The notes under the pieces: model-generated
What the model was told of the DNA's origin: nothing
Databases searched by the model: none
Seen by the model: only the letters and a program-made list of their open reading frames with translations
Translations under genes and position numbers: made by a program
Source of the DNA: Bdellovibrionales bacterium
GTDB taxonomy: Bacteria; Bdellovibrionota; Bdellovibrionia; Bdellovibrionales; UBA1609
Assembly (NCBI GenBank): GCA_050246815.1
Contig: JBFWVI010000001.1
Location: forward strand, 3,433 to 67,432
Direction of reading: 5' to 3'
DNA: 64,000 bases
In this document: one piece after another, positions 39,819 to 49,551 of the stretch
How positions within the stretch are numbered: position 1 is the stretch's first letter
Layout of the letters: every line of letters starts with the position of its first letter

Positions 39819-40894
39819 AAGAAAAGCTGAATTGGATCATGGGGCCGGGACTGGCCTTGCTTTGGCTGGTTTTGATCATCGCGAACTTCTTCGCGATTGA
39901 ATTCCATTCTGAGGTGTGGTGGGGCACGGCCGGGTTGTCTTTGGCCGCCATGATCTTTTTTATGATCAAACAGCACATGACTCTTTATGTTTTTAAACGC
40001 CTGGTGGAAGCGACGGTGACCATTTGGGTAATCGCCTCGTTCACGTTTTTGCTTTTACGCGTTTTGCCAGGTGGCCCCTTTGACTCTGAAAAAGCCTTGC
40101 CGGCCGAAGTGAAGGCCGCCATAGAACGAAAATACAAATTGGATCAGCCGGTTTTCAATCAATACATTTCTTATTTGGGTGGTTTGGTGCGGGGAGATCT
40201 TGGCGAGTCCTATAAGTATTTAGGACGAAATATCTCTGAAATCATTCTAGAAAGTCTGCCAGCTTCTGTGCAGCTTGGGGTTTTTTCGTTACTGCTGGCG
40301 TATGCGATTGGTGTGCCTTTTGGTGTGATTGCAGCAAGATTTCATAATTCGTGGTTTGATCATGCCCTAATGATGCTGGCCATCAGCGGGGTTTCGCTGC
40401 CCAGTTTTTTGGTGGCACCGATTCTGATTTTGTTTTTTTGTTTTTCATTGGGTTGGTTTGAGCCGGCCTTGTGGGAAGGCCCGACCTACTACGTTTTGCC
40501 CACCTTGGTTTTGGGCACGCGTTCGGCTGCGGTGATCGCGCGTTTGGTGCGCGCCAGTGTTCTTGAGGTCATCCGATCAGACTACATCCGAACCGGTCGC
40601 GCCAAGGGATTGTCCGAAACCGCGCTGCTGTTCAAACACGTCTTAAGAAATTCACTGATTCCGGTTTTGACGTTTTCGGGCCCTTTGGTCGCGGGAATTA
40701 TCACGGGCTCATTCGTTGTGGAGCAAATATTTGCCGTGCCGGGTATTGGCAAGCATATGGTTTTAAGTGTGTCGAACCGCGATTACCCTCTGATTTTAGG
40801 AACCACCTTGGTCTTTTCGGTCATTCTCATCTTGTGCAACCTGATTGTGGACCTTCTTTACGCCTATGTGGACCCCAGGATTAAACTATCATGA
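39815..40894 (+). CDS. oppB: Oligopeptide ABC transporter permease with a two-TM N-terminal extension
   Basis: PGGPFD, GDLGES, DYIRTGRAKGL, RDYP. Confidence 0.9.
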   Translation: MKEKLNWIMGPGLALLWLVLIIANFFAIEFHSEVWWGTAGLSLAAMIFFMIKQHMTLYVFKRLVEATVTIWVIASFTFLLLRVLPGGPFDSEKALPAEVKAAIERKYKLDQPVFNQYISYLGGLVRGDLGESYKYLGRNISEIILESLPASVQLGVFSLLLAYAIGVPFGVIAARFHNSWFDHALMMLAISGVSLPSFLVAPILILFFCFSLGWFEPALWEGPTYYVLPTLVLGTRSAAVIARLVRASVLEVIRSDYIRTGRAKGLSETALLFKHVLRNSLIPVLTFSGPLVAGIITGSFVVEQIFAVPGIGKHMVLSVSNRDYPLILGTTLVFSVILILCNLIVDLLYAYVDPRIKLS

Positions 40895-41784
40895 GCAATG
40901 CGGTGGTTGGCAAAAGTCTTTGGCAGGAGGGATGGAAGCGCCTGGCTCGCAATCGGGTGGCTGTGGTGTCCGGCGTATTTATCGTTATTCTCTGCTTTAT
41001 GGCGGTCTTTGCGTATCAACTGAGCCCTTACGCCTTTGACGAGCAGTACATGGACAAAATTTTGGCGGCGCCGACTTCTGAGCACTGGCTGGGCACGGAT
41101 TCTTTGGGTCGCGACATGTTGTCGCGTTTGATTCACGGCGCGCGAATGTCGATGGCGGTGGGAATTGTCACGGCTTTAATTTCGCTTTTTGTGGGAGCAG
41201 CTTACGGTGCGGTCGCAGGCTGGATGGGTGGTCGAGTCGATGCCTTGCTGATGCGTTTTGTCGACATTTTGTATTCGGTGCCCACCTTGGTTTTGTTGAT
41301 TTTGGTGAAGGTGATTTTCGATTCGGTCCCATTGTTCACAAATCCCGAGCTCAAAGCTTTGACCGGCATGTTGCTGGCGCTGAGCGTGGTGGGTTGGGTG
41401 ACCCTGGCACGTATGGTGCGGGGCCAAGTGCTTCAGGTGAAGCAAATGGTTTATATTGAGGCCGCACAGGCGCTGGGGGCGTCGGGGCCACGGATCGTCA
41501 TGCGGCATATTTTCCCTAATATTTTAGGCCCGATTATCGTTATTTTGACCTTTCAAATTCCTTCCAACATTTTGTACGAAAGTTTCTTAAGTTTTTTGGG
41601 GCTTGGTCTTCAGCCTCCTTATAGCAGTTGGGGCGTGCTGGCCAACGAAGGATGGCGCAGCCTGCGCAGTTACCCGCATCTCATTATTTCACCCGGTATC
41701 GCTTTGTTTACGGCCATGCTGGCATTTAATCTTTTGGGCGATGGACTTCGGGACGCTTTTGATCCACAAATGAAAGACCGCTAA
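40891..41784 (+). CDS. oppC: Oligopeptide ABC transporter permease
   Basis: HWLGTDSLGRD, EAAQALGA, LSFLGLG, GDGLRDAFDP. Confidence 0.93.
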   Translation: MSNAVVGKSLWQEGWKRLARNRVAVVSGVFIVILCFMAVFAYQLSPYAFDEQYMDKILAAPTSEHWLGTDSLGRDMLSRLIHGARMSMAVGIVTALISLFVGAAYGAVAGWMGGRVDALLMRFVDILYSVPTLVLLILVKVIFDSVPLFTNPELKALTGMLLALSVVGWVTLARMVRGQVLQVKQMVYIEAAQALGASGPRIVMRHIFPNILGPIIVILTFQIPSNILYESFLSFLGLGLQPPYSSWGVLANEGWRSLRSYPHLIISPGIALFTAMLAFNLLGDGLRDAFDPQMKDR

Positions 41785-41855
41785 AGGTTGAGGCTTTGAC
41801 ACTTCATCCGACTTTCACCGCTGCAGCGCGGGCCGAGTATTCTCCAGGCTCGCTT

Positions 41856-42977
41856 CTACAGATAAAAATGAAGCAATAAAAAGACCGAATCGTTTTCAAG
41901 GCCAGCTGCCGGTAAACCCGATTGGCGTTGGTACTCGGCTTGGAATTCCAAATGCGGCAGGGGCAGAAACTGAAAGCCCACGCCTGGTGATTTGATCTTA
42001 TCTTCGTTGAACATATTGCTGTGCAGGTATTCGTAGACCACGTAAGGCGTAAAACCCTTAAATAGGTGATAACCCAGTCGCGTGTGTCCGGCCAGAGTGC
42101 GGGTTTTTTCTCTGGACGGAGTTAAATCCGTGCTCTCTTGGTAATCCATCTCACCCAGCAGTACCATTTTTTCGCCAAATAAAGGGGTCACACCCCAAAG
42201 CCCCAAAAGTTCGCGGCGGGTGTCTTCATTTTCTCCAATAAAAGCGCTAACACCCAGCTTGGCATTTTCAGCCACATAGTGGCCATAGCTTGCCGCAAGC
42301 GCGCGCTCGTTGCCCATACGAGACTGGTCCAGTGCGCCGATGCTGGAGGTGACAAAAAGCTCGGATTTTTCGCTGTGCACGCCCACTTCTAAATTGTAGG
42401 TTTCGCTCAAGGCGCCAAAGCTGAGCCCCGCTTTGGTCACACGAGTGTGATTGGGGTCGTTTATGCCATGATTCAGACGAAATTTACCAATTCGCACGGT
42501 CAAGTTTTCAGCGGCGTCGTAAAGCAGGTAGTGGCGTTCGGATAAAAACTCGCCACGTTCGGGCACGCTTTTTGGACCTTCTTGGGTGCCGAATGTGCCG
42601 ATGAACCAGGTCTTACCGGCACGAAGCGCCAATTCGACGTTTTGCTGCATACGAAAATAGCGGCTTTCCTCTTTTTGGTCGTTGTTGATGTAGGTCTGCA
42701 CGGAGCGAACATCGCCGCCGATGCGAAAATTTTCCCCTTCAGGGATAAGGCCAAAGCCCGCACCTTCGATGCCCTCTGGCCCCCAGGTGCTCATCAGTTC
42801 ACGCGAAAGCGAGCGCCCATACTCAGTTAAGACGCCGCCCCCCGACGGCGAAAGGTGGCAGGCCCGGCAGCTTTGGTAGCCATGGGTGACATTCTCGACA
42901 AAAGCGAAGGCGTTCAAAGAAGATAAACCCATCGCGGCCAAAGCCAGATAAAAAAGCCCTCGATTTTTGATTTTCAT
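41856..42977 (-). CDS. Monoheme cytochrome c fused to an outer-membrane beta-barrel (Cyc2-like architecture)
   Basis: Signal peptide, then CRACH...LTEYGR; alternating beta-strand pattern; C-terminal LHFYL. Confidence 0.7.
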   Translation of the reverse strand: MKIKNRGLFYLALAAMGLSSLNAFAFVENVTHGYQSCRACHLSPSGGGVLTEYGRSLSRELMSTWGPEGIEGAGFGLIPEGENFRIGGDVRSVQTYINNDQKEESRYFRMQQNVELALRAGKTWFIGTFGTQEGPKSVPERGEFLSERHYLLYDAAENLTVRIGKFRLNHGINDPNHTRVTKAGLSFGALSETYNLEVGVHSEKSELFVTSSIGALDQSRMGNERALAASYGHYVAENAKLGVSAFIGENEDTRRELLGLWGVTPLFGEKMVLLGEMDYQESTDLTPSREKTRTLAGHTRLGYHLFKGFTPYVVYEYLHSNMFNEDKIKSPGVGFQFLPLPHLEFQAEYQRQSGLPAAGLENDSVFLLLHFYL

Positions 42978-42979
42978 GA

Positions 42980-43531
42980 TTATTCTTTTTTCGCTTCAGC
43001 CAAAACTTTGACTTTGATGTCTTCAGCCACTGTGACGCCTTTCCAGTTCGGCACGCCGATGCCCGGGTAGTCTGACAGCTTCACCACAAATTCGGCTTCC
43101 ACCTTGGTCGTGCCACCATCTTCTTTTAAGGTGGCGGTGCCTTTGACCGGTTTGGTCTCTTCTTTAATTTTGAGAGTGCCGGTAAAGGGAAAGCTTTTGC
43201 TGGTGTCGGCCGGTTTTTTGAAATCTGTCAGTTTAAGTTCCGCGGTGGGGTACTTGGCGGTCTCAAGATATTTGTCGCGCATGTGTCCATCGCGCAGGCT
43301 GATCCCAGTGCCCAAGGTCGCCAATTGAAACTGCAGTTGGCCACTGATGGTATTGTCTTTTTCGGTCAATTCACCGCCGACGCCTTTGCCTTCGCCTTTG
43401 ATGGACATCAATGCAGGTTTTCCTTTGGCGGCAAAACTCACCTGTCCTTTTTCAGGATTGAATTTGTAAGCCGCGGCCAGGGTTGTGGTGGGCAATGCGA
43501 TTAAAAGTAGAATCGCGATTTTTTTTGTCAT
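42980..43531 (-). CDS. YceI-family periplasmic lipid/isoprenoid-binding protein
   Basis: Signal peptide; TGISLRDGHM..KYL...KYP, GTLKIK; start ATG 43531 overlapping the upstream stop. Confidence 0.85.
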   Translation of the reverse strand: MTKKIAILLLIALPTTTLAAAYKFNPEKGQVSFAAKGKPALMSIKGEGKGVGGELTEKDNTISGQLQFQLATLGTGISLRDGHMRDKYLETAKYPTAELKLTDFKKPADTSKSFPFTGTLKIKEETKPVKGTATLKEDGGTTKVEAEFVVKLSDYPGIGVPNWKGVTVAEDIKVKVLAEAKKE

Positions 43532-44187
43532 GGGTGGTCTCCTTTTTTGCTCATGGTTTCGGGGGCTCCGTCTAAGATCCACTGCAGCAGAAGTTTTTTT
43601 TCTTCGTCAGGCAACGGATCCGCTTCTTTTTCAAGGGGTGGCATTTTGCCGCTTTCAACCATCTGGGTGATTTTGGGCAACTGGCTGACAATATCGGCAT
43701 AGGTGTTCAAGGTGGTGAAATCATTTTCGACTTCGGCGAACTCATGGCATCCCAAGCAGTAGGGCTCAAACACGCGCTGGCGCAGTAGTTCGTAATTGAG
43801 TTCGGCAGGCGCGGTGGGGGGCGGCACAATCACGGGTGGAGGCTCGGTCGGGTCGACCTTACGCCCCGGGGGCTTTACGGGGGCCCCTATTTCGAGCCAG
43901 CGCACCAGCAGGGCCCTTTGCTCTAGCGGCATAGAGCGGTTTTTGGGCATCCGCCCGGTCAACACAGACCTTCGTATCGCGCCAGCGCGCGCGGTGACGG
44001 CCTTGTGGTTACGAACCCAGCCATGGCAACGCACGCAATTTGGAATTAACACCTGGGCACGAATTTCCTCAAAGCCAGTTTCAGCCAATTTTTCTTGGGG
44101 TACAGAGGGCAGTTTTATGAATTTCAGGCGGGAGCCATCACAAGAAACCAGTAAGAATAAGGCGATCAGAAAACCAATCTTGCCCAT
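43528..44187 (-). CDS. Diheme c-type cytochrome lipoprotein
   Basis: Lipobox LLVSC; two repeated domains with CVRCH and CLGCH, each followed by G.MP and W...GAP. Confidence 0.82.
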   Translation of the reverse strand: MGKIGFLIALFLLVSCDGSRLKFIKLPSVPQEKLAETGFEEIRAQVLIPNCVRCHGWVRNHKAVTARAGAIRRSVLTGRMPKNRSMPLEQRALLVRWLEIGAPVKPPGRKVDPTEPPPVIVPPPTAPAELNYELLRQRVFEPYCLGCHEFAEVENDFTTLNTYADIVSQLPKITQMVESGKMPPLEKEADPLPDEEKKLLLQWILDGAPETMSKKGDHP

Positions 44188-44276
44188 AGGGGCAAGATAA
44201 CGATCTGGCCGGATTTACACAATCCAGCCAAAGTGCATAGCAACTATTCCAAAATGGAAAGGGAGGGGTCGGGAGA

Positions 44277-44399
44277 TTATTTCACGGCCACAAGGCGGGC
44301 CTGGCGGCGCAGTCTTAAGCGGGCTCGTTTTTGCCGTAAATTGACGTATTGAACAGACATTTGGCTTCGATTCGCGACGGCAACAATGATTGAGCCCAT
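44277..44399 (-). CDS. Small basic protein, 40 aa (absent from the ORF track)
   Basis: MGSIIVAVANRSQMSVQYVNLRQKRARLRLRRQARLVAVK*; GAGGT RBS; TTGACG-17-TAGGAT promoter upstream. Confidence 0.6.
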   Translation of the reverse strand: MGSIIVAVANRSQMSVQYVNLRQKRARLRLRRQARLVAVK

Positions 44400-44573
44400 G
44401 CTTTTTACCTCTTAAGCTTATGGCCTGAATGGCTCTATCCTACGCTGATGAATGCGCAGCGTCAATAGTGAGACTCCCGGCACGATAGAATTTCGGTTGC
44501 GGCTCGTCCCAGCTTAAGTCGGAAAAAATCAATTTGGGGGGGGCCTATTAGCAAGGTCCCAAAATGATTCGCC

Positions 44574-44984
44574 TTAAGTGGGAAGGCCGACTGCGTGGCG
44601 AAACTGCGGGGTGGGGCTGATCAACTTGCGCGCTTTTAAGTCAAACATGGCAAAGGTGAATTTGGCCCAGCAGGCCACCTCACCCTTCGCGTTGATCATT
44701 TGCTGCTCGATCACTGCCACGCTGCCCGTGAAGGGAGTGGACCAGCTTTTAATTACAATCTGTTCGCGGTTTTTAAGCTCTTTTTGAAATTTCATTTCAA
44801 TGCCCAGAATCACCGGCCCGGTTTGGGTCTCTTTGACATGTTTCAGTCCAAAGCCTCGGTTGGTGATGATGTCCCAGCGGGCCTCTTCAAAGATCTGTAA
44901 ATAGGCCGCATTGTTGACGTGGCCGAAGGTGTCCAGGTGGACTTCGCGAATCAAAAAGGGATATTCAAAAATCTCAGGGTTCAT
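44574..44984 (-). CDS. Acyl-CoA thioesterase (4HBT/YbgC hot-dog fold)
   Basis: LDTFGHVNNAAYL..FEEAR. Confidence 0.88.
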   Translation of the reverse strand: MNPEIFEYPFLIREVHLDTFGHVNNAAYLQIFEEARWDIITNRGFGLKHVKETQTGPVILGIEMKFQKELKNREQIVIKSWSTPFTGSVAVIEQQMINAKGEVACWAKFTFAMFDLKARKLISPTPQFRHAVGLPT

Positions 44985-46016
44985 TTACACCACCAAACTG
45001 CGCTGCTCGGGGCGTCCCATGGCCAGCACGAAAGGGTTTTGGTTTTGACGTTCGGTAAAATCGGCTTTGGATTTCATTTCAAACCAGTCGTTTTGGATCA
45101 AAATCTGACCCACGGCTCCGCCCAAAGAGCTGCCCGGGCCCAATAGCACCACATGATCAGGACAAAATTCTTTTAGGCCCACCGTGATGGCGGCTGTGAA
45201 GTCATAAGGTGCCACCACTTGATGGCCCAGGGTGTATTCGTAAAGCTTCGAAATTGAGGTTGAGTAGGGTTGCCATATATTGCCCTGGCCATCGATCAGC
45301 GGGATTTTAGGCCGTTGAAAAAGACTTTCCGGTAGCCTTTCAAAAGCGCGCTGACTTGTTTCTTGCAAAAGTGGGGTATGAAACGCGGCATGGTTGATCA
45401 GCTGAAACGGGTAATTTTCCACTTGAGGTAATTCTTTAAGTAAGGCCGCAACACCTGCGCGGTTAGCGCCCAAGACGATAAATCCGCCCAAATAAATCGA
45501 GATGTAAACTTCATGGCCGTCGCGGGCCTTGATGTCGGCGACCACGCGTTCCACCAAAGCCATCTTTTCGGGGCTGGGCTGCCAGTTGTCCAAAGTCACA
45601 GGATAGATCACTTGGCCGCCGATGATCTCTTGTTTCATCATCGAACCCATGGTGTTGACCACTTCAAAACCCGAAGCCCAATCCAAAGCACCGCCAAAGG
45701 CCAGGGTCAGATACCAGCCCATGGAGTTGCCGGTCACCGCGACGATTTCATACTTATTACGGTTGATCGCCATAAAGTCGGCGTAGGCGCAGGCATAAAT
45801 CAAGCTTGAGGCATGCTCGCCCTTAGTGTGCACCTGGGGTTTAAAAACTTCAGCACCATCTAAGGTCGAGATGGTGGGCTCATCAAGATCGCGGCGGCGT
45901 TGGTCGATATCGGCCAAAAAATCCTGAACGTGAGCGCCGTGCTGGCGCAAATAGCCCAAAGTCTCTTTGGTGTACGTTCCGCGTCCTGGGCAAACCACTA
46001 CAATTCGTTTTTTCAC
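44985..46016 (-). CDS. ACP S-malonyltransferase-like acyltransferase
   Basis: CPGRG, GNSMG nucleophile elbow, HAAFHT, LLGPG. Confidence 0.78.
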   Translation of the reverse strand: MKKRIVVVCPGRGTYTKETLGYLRQHGAHVQDFLADIDQRRRDLDEPTISTLDGAEVFKPQVHTKGEHASSLIYACAYADFMAINRNKYEIVAVTGNSMGWYLTLAFGGALDWASGFEVVNTMGSMMKQEIIGGQVIYPVTLDNWQPSPEKMALVERVVADIKARDGHEVYISIYLGGFIVLGANRAGVAALLKELPQVENYPFQLINHAAFHTPLLQETSQRAFERLPESLFQRPKIPLIDGQGNIWQPYSTSISKLYEYTLGHQVVAPYDFTAAITVGLKEFCPDHVVLLGPGSSLGGAVGQILIQNDWFEMKSKADFTERQNQNPFVLAMGRPEQRSLVV

Positions 46017-46024
46017 CGTCGCCT

Positions 46025-48235
46025 CTAAAGTCGATTCATCAGTTGCAAAGCGCCCCGCACGATGTCGTCACGGCTGGGCAAACCCGCGGCAGCCGCTTTA
46101 CCCAAGGGGATAAAACAGTCGTCGGCTGCGATAATTTTAATTCGCGGCACGGGGTCCATGTTTTCGGCCATCAGGCCGGCTAAAAATTCACTTAAACTGC
46201 CGGTTTTCCGACACTCATCCACGATCAATACTTTTTTGCTTTCACCGATTTCGGCTAGCAGCTTTTCTTTGTCGATCGGGGCGATCCAACGCAGGTCGAT
46301 GATTTTGGCTTTAAGATTATGTTTTTCTTCCAGGATCTTGGCGGCCTGGCGCGAATAATAATAGCCATTGCCATAAGTGACGATGGTGAAATCGCCCTCG
46401 TCGCCTTGAACGCCAAATTGCCCCGCTTCGATGGTTTCGTTTTCTTTCGGATAATGAAAGGTCCAAAGCTTGTCATTGGCTTCGTGCAGGTCGCGGGTCA
46501 TGTAAAGCGCGATGGGTTCAACAAACACCACCACGCGGCCCTGTTCCCAGGCCAGCTTGGTGCAGGTACGCCACATTTTGACGGCGTCCTCTCCGTTTGA
46601 TGGGGTCGCCACGATCAAGCCCGGGATATCGCGGAAAATCGCCAATGAGTTGTCATTATGAAAATGCCCGCCAAAGCCTTTTTGATAGGGAAGGCCGGCG
46701 ATTCGCACCACCATGCCATTGGTGAATTGCCCTTGCGAGAAAAACGCCAGGGTCGCGGCCTCACCGCGCAATTGATCTTCAGCATTGTGCACGTAGGCCA
46801 AGAACTGAATTTCAGGGATCGGCAAAAAGCCATTGTGGGCAAAGCCGATCGCTGTACCTAAAATGGTCTGCTCATCCAGGGGTGAGTTAAACACACGGCG
46901 CGGGCCAAAGCGTTTCCAAAGGCCATCGCTGACATTGTACACACCGCCTTTTTGCGCCACATCCTCGCCAAACACCACCGCTCCCGGATAGCGGGCCAGG
47001 GTTTCGTGCAAAGCCATATTGATCAATTTGGCCAAATGAAGTGGCTGCTGAAGTTTGGGCCACTCTTTACCAAAGACTTCATTCATCACCGGCTCGCCCA
47101 CGGGGGGTGGAGAGGCTTTGGGGAGGCGGCACTCCAAAAGACTGGCGCGCACTTCCTCGGGTTTTAAAAGTTTCGGCCTGGTTTTGGCGTATTCGCCAAT
47201 GGCCGCCACGCGCGATTCCACGCTCTTGTAAATGCCAATGAGATCTTCTGGGGTGGCCACGCCATGCTCAATTAAAATCCGCGCCGAGTGAAGCAAGGGG
47301 TCGTTGAACTCTTTGGCTTCGATGTCGCTTAAAGTGCTGTACGAAGTTTCCATGTCGCTGCCGGCGTGGCCTAGCAAACGCACGGTTTTCATGTGTAAGA
47401 ACACCGGCTTTTTACGACTGCGGGCAAAACGCTCAGCTTCGCGCGACTTTAAAACTAAGTCGCACAAATTTAAGCCATCGCAAGAAATGTAGTGAAGGCC
47501 CGGGCGCTCACTGTACTGAGACTCAAGCCAATTCTCGGGCGTGCGCACCGAAATGCCGATGCCGTTGTCTTCGCAAATGAAGACCAGCGGTAAAGCCACG
47601 TTTTGGTGGCTCACCCAGAGGGCTGAGTTGATGGCCCCCACCGCGGTGGAGTGGTTGGTTGAAGCGTCGCCAAAAGTACAAAGCGCCACAGCGTCGGCGG
47701 GCATGACTGCGGTTTCTAATTTTAAGTCCCGGGCGCGGCCAATCGAAAGGGCGGCCCCAATGGCTTTGGGCAAGTGCGAGGCAATCGTGCTGGTCTGCGG
47801 TGGAACCATCAAAGGGTAACTGCCAAAGACTTTGTGCCGACCGCCGGCGATGGGGTCATCCGCCGAGGCCACAAAAGACAACATCGTTTCATAAAGGGGG
47901 GTGGCCCCAGGCAGCTGTTTGGCCCGCTGAATCATAAAAGCACAGCTGCGATAGTGCACAAAAGCCATGTCGGTTAGGCGAAAGGTTTTGCCCCAAACCG
48001 CATTACCTTCGTGGCCGCTGCTGCCAATGGTGTAAAAGCACTCGCCTTTTTCTTTTAAAATGCGAGCACGCAGGTCCATTTGTCGACTCATGACCTGGGT
48101 TTCAAACAGGTCCATCAGCTCACTGGCACTTAAAGCGGCGTCGGCGGCCGTGGTTTGGCTTCGAGCGTCGGGAAAGCGCCCCTCGCGGACGAATTTCACA
48201 AAGTTCTGATCAATGACTTCAGCACGGTTGTACAT
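46025..48235 (-). CDS. TPP-dependent 2-oxoacid dehydrogenase E1, fused alpha/beta
   Basis: GDAST...EDN TPP motif, GHAGSD, FGEDV..KGGVY, EIQF, GGHFH; start ATG 48235. Confidence 0.88.
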   Translation of the reverse strand: MYNRAEVIDQNFVKFVREGRFPDARSQTTAADAALSASELMDLFETQVMSRQMDLRARILKEKGECFYTIGSSGHEGNAVWGKTFRLTDMAFVHYRSCAFMIQRAKQLPGATPLYETMLSFVASADDPIAGGRHKVFGSYPLMVPPQTSTIASHLPKAIGAALSIGRARDLKLETAVMPADAVALCTFGDASTNHSTAVGAINSALWVSHQNVALPLVFICEDNGIGISVRTPENWLESQYSERPGLHYISCDGLNLCDLVLKSREAERFARSRKKPVFLHMKTVRLLGHAGSDMETSYSTLSDIEAKEFNDPLLHSARILIEHGVATPEDLIGIYKSVESRVAAIGEYAKTRPKLLKPEEVRASLLECRLPKASPPPVGEPVMNEVFGKEWPKLQQPLHLAKLINMALHETLARYPGAVVFGEDVAQKGGVYNVSDGLWKRFGPRRVFNSPLDEQTILGTAIGFAHNGFLPIPEIQFLAYVHNAEDQLRGEAATLAFFSQGQFTNGMVVRIAGLPYQKGFGGHFHNDNSLAIFRDIPGLIVATPSNGEDAVKMWRTCTKLAWEQGRVVVFVEPIALYMTRDLHEANDKLWTFHYPKENETIEAGQFGVQGDEGDFTIVTYGNGYYYSRQAAKILEEKHNLKAKIIDLRWIAPIDKEKLLAEIGESKKVLIVDECRKTGSLSEFLAGLMAENMDPVPRIKIIAADDCFIPLGKAAAAGLPSRDDIVRGALQLMNRL

Positions 48236-48329
48236 GGCAGTGGCGAGATTACTGCTGATCGGGCTCAAGTTGCAAGAGGCCAGAAAGCTATGTTACCAAT
48301 TACATCTCTCAACTTTTAAGAGGTGCATC

Positions 48330-49496
48330 ATGGCCTACCAATCCTTGAACTACATGGGTGAAGACTCGCTATTGACCAGCGAAGAATTGATGGTCCGCGA
48401 CAGCGTGCGGGAATTTGTCGAAAGCGACGTGATCCCGGTTCTTCAACAGGCCAATCGCGAAGAAAAATTTCCGATGCAGTTAATCCCCCGTTTTGGCGAG
48501 ATGGGTCTTTTGGGCTCGACCATTCAAGGCTACGGCTGTGCGGGATTGGGGCATGTGGCTTATGGCTTGGCAACTATGGAGCTTGAGCGTGGTGATTCAG
48601 GTATTCGCTCGTTTTGCTCTGTGCAAAGCTCGCTGGTGATGTTTCCCATTCATGCTTATGGATCCGAAGCGCAAAAAGACAAATATTTGCCCAAGCTGGC
48701 TCGCGCGGAACTAATTGGCTGTTTTGGTTTGACCGAACCCGACGCAGGTTCAAACCCCGGCGGGATGCTGACCAAGGCCGAAAAGGTCAAAGGCGGCTAC
48801 AAACTGAACGGCAATAAAATGTGGATCACCAACGGTTGTATCTCAGATATCGCCGTGGTGTGGGCGCGCTGCGAAGGTAAAATCCGGGGCTTTATTTTAG
48901 AAAAGGGCATGGAAGGTTTCACGACCTCGACCATGAAGGGCAAATTTTCTTTGCGGGTGAGTGTGACTTCCGAGTTGCACATGAAGGACGTATTTGTGCC
49001 CGAAGAAAATATGCTCCCTAAAGCCGAAGGTCTTAAGGCTCCGTTGAGCTGCTTGTCGCAAGCCCGCTACGGCATTGCTTGGGGCGTGCTGGGCGCGGCC
49101 AACGCCTGCTACGACACCGCATTAAACTACGCCAAGGACCGTGTGATTTTTGATGGCAAACCCTTGGCGGCTTATCAATTGGCACAGGCCAAGCTGGTCA
49201 AGATGGTGCAAGAAATCACCAAAGGTAAACTTTTGGTGATCCAAATGGGTCGCTTAAAAGAGGCCGGCAAAATTCAGCCCTACCATGTCTCTTTGGCCAA
49301 AATGAACAATTGTAAAATTGCTTTAGAGGTCGCCCGCGAAGCGCGCGACATGCTGGGCGGCAACGGGATCATCGACGAGTATCCGGTGATTCGCCACATG
49401 ATGAATTTGGAAACGGTGAACACCTATGAGGGCACCGAAGACATTCATCGCTTGGTGGTCGGTCAAGAGATTACCGGGATCGCGGCGTTCCGTTAG
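48330..49496 (+). CDS. gcdH: Acyl-CoA dehydrogenase, glutaryl-CoA dehydrogenase-like
   Basis: GCFGLTEPDAGS, KMWITN, ARYGIAWG, ARDMLGGNGI, TYEGT; start ATG 48330 after GAGGTG. Confidence 0.85.
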   Translation: MAYQSLNYMGEDSLLTSEELMVRDSVREFVESDVIPVLQQANREEKFPMQLIPRFGEMGLLGSTIQGYGCAGLGHVAYGLATMELERGDSGIRSFCSVQSSLVMFPIHAYGSEAQKDKYLPKLARAELIGCFGLTEPDAGSNPGGMLTKAEKVKGGYKLNGNKMWITNGCISDIAVVWARCEGKIRGFILEKGMEGFTTSTMKGKFSLRVSVTSELHMKDVFVPEENMLPKAEGLKAPLSCLSQARYGIAWGVLGAANACYDTALNYAKDRVIFDGKPLAAYQLAQAKLVKMVQEITKGKLLVIQMGRLKEAGKIQPYHVSLAKMNNCKIALEVAREARDMLGGNGIIDEYPVIRHMMNLETVNTYEGTEDIHRLVVGQEITGIAAFR

Positions 49497-49551
49497 AGCA
49501 AGATAGACTCCAGGCGGATCGCCGATCACTTCGAAATCAGAAGAACAGTTT

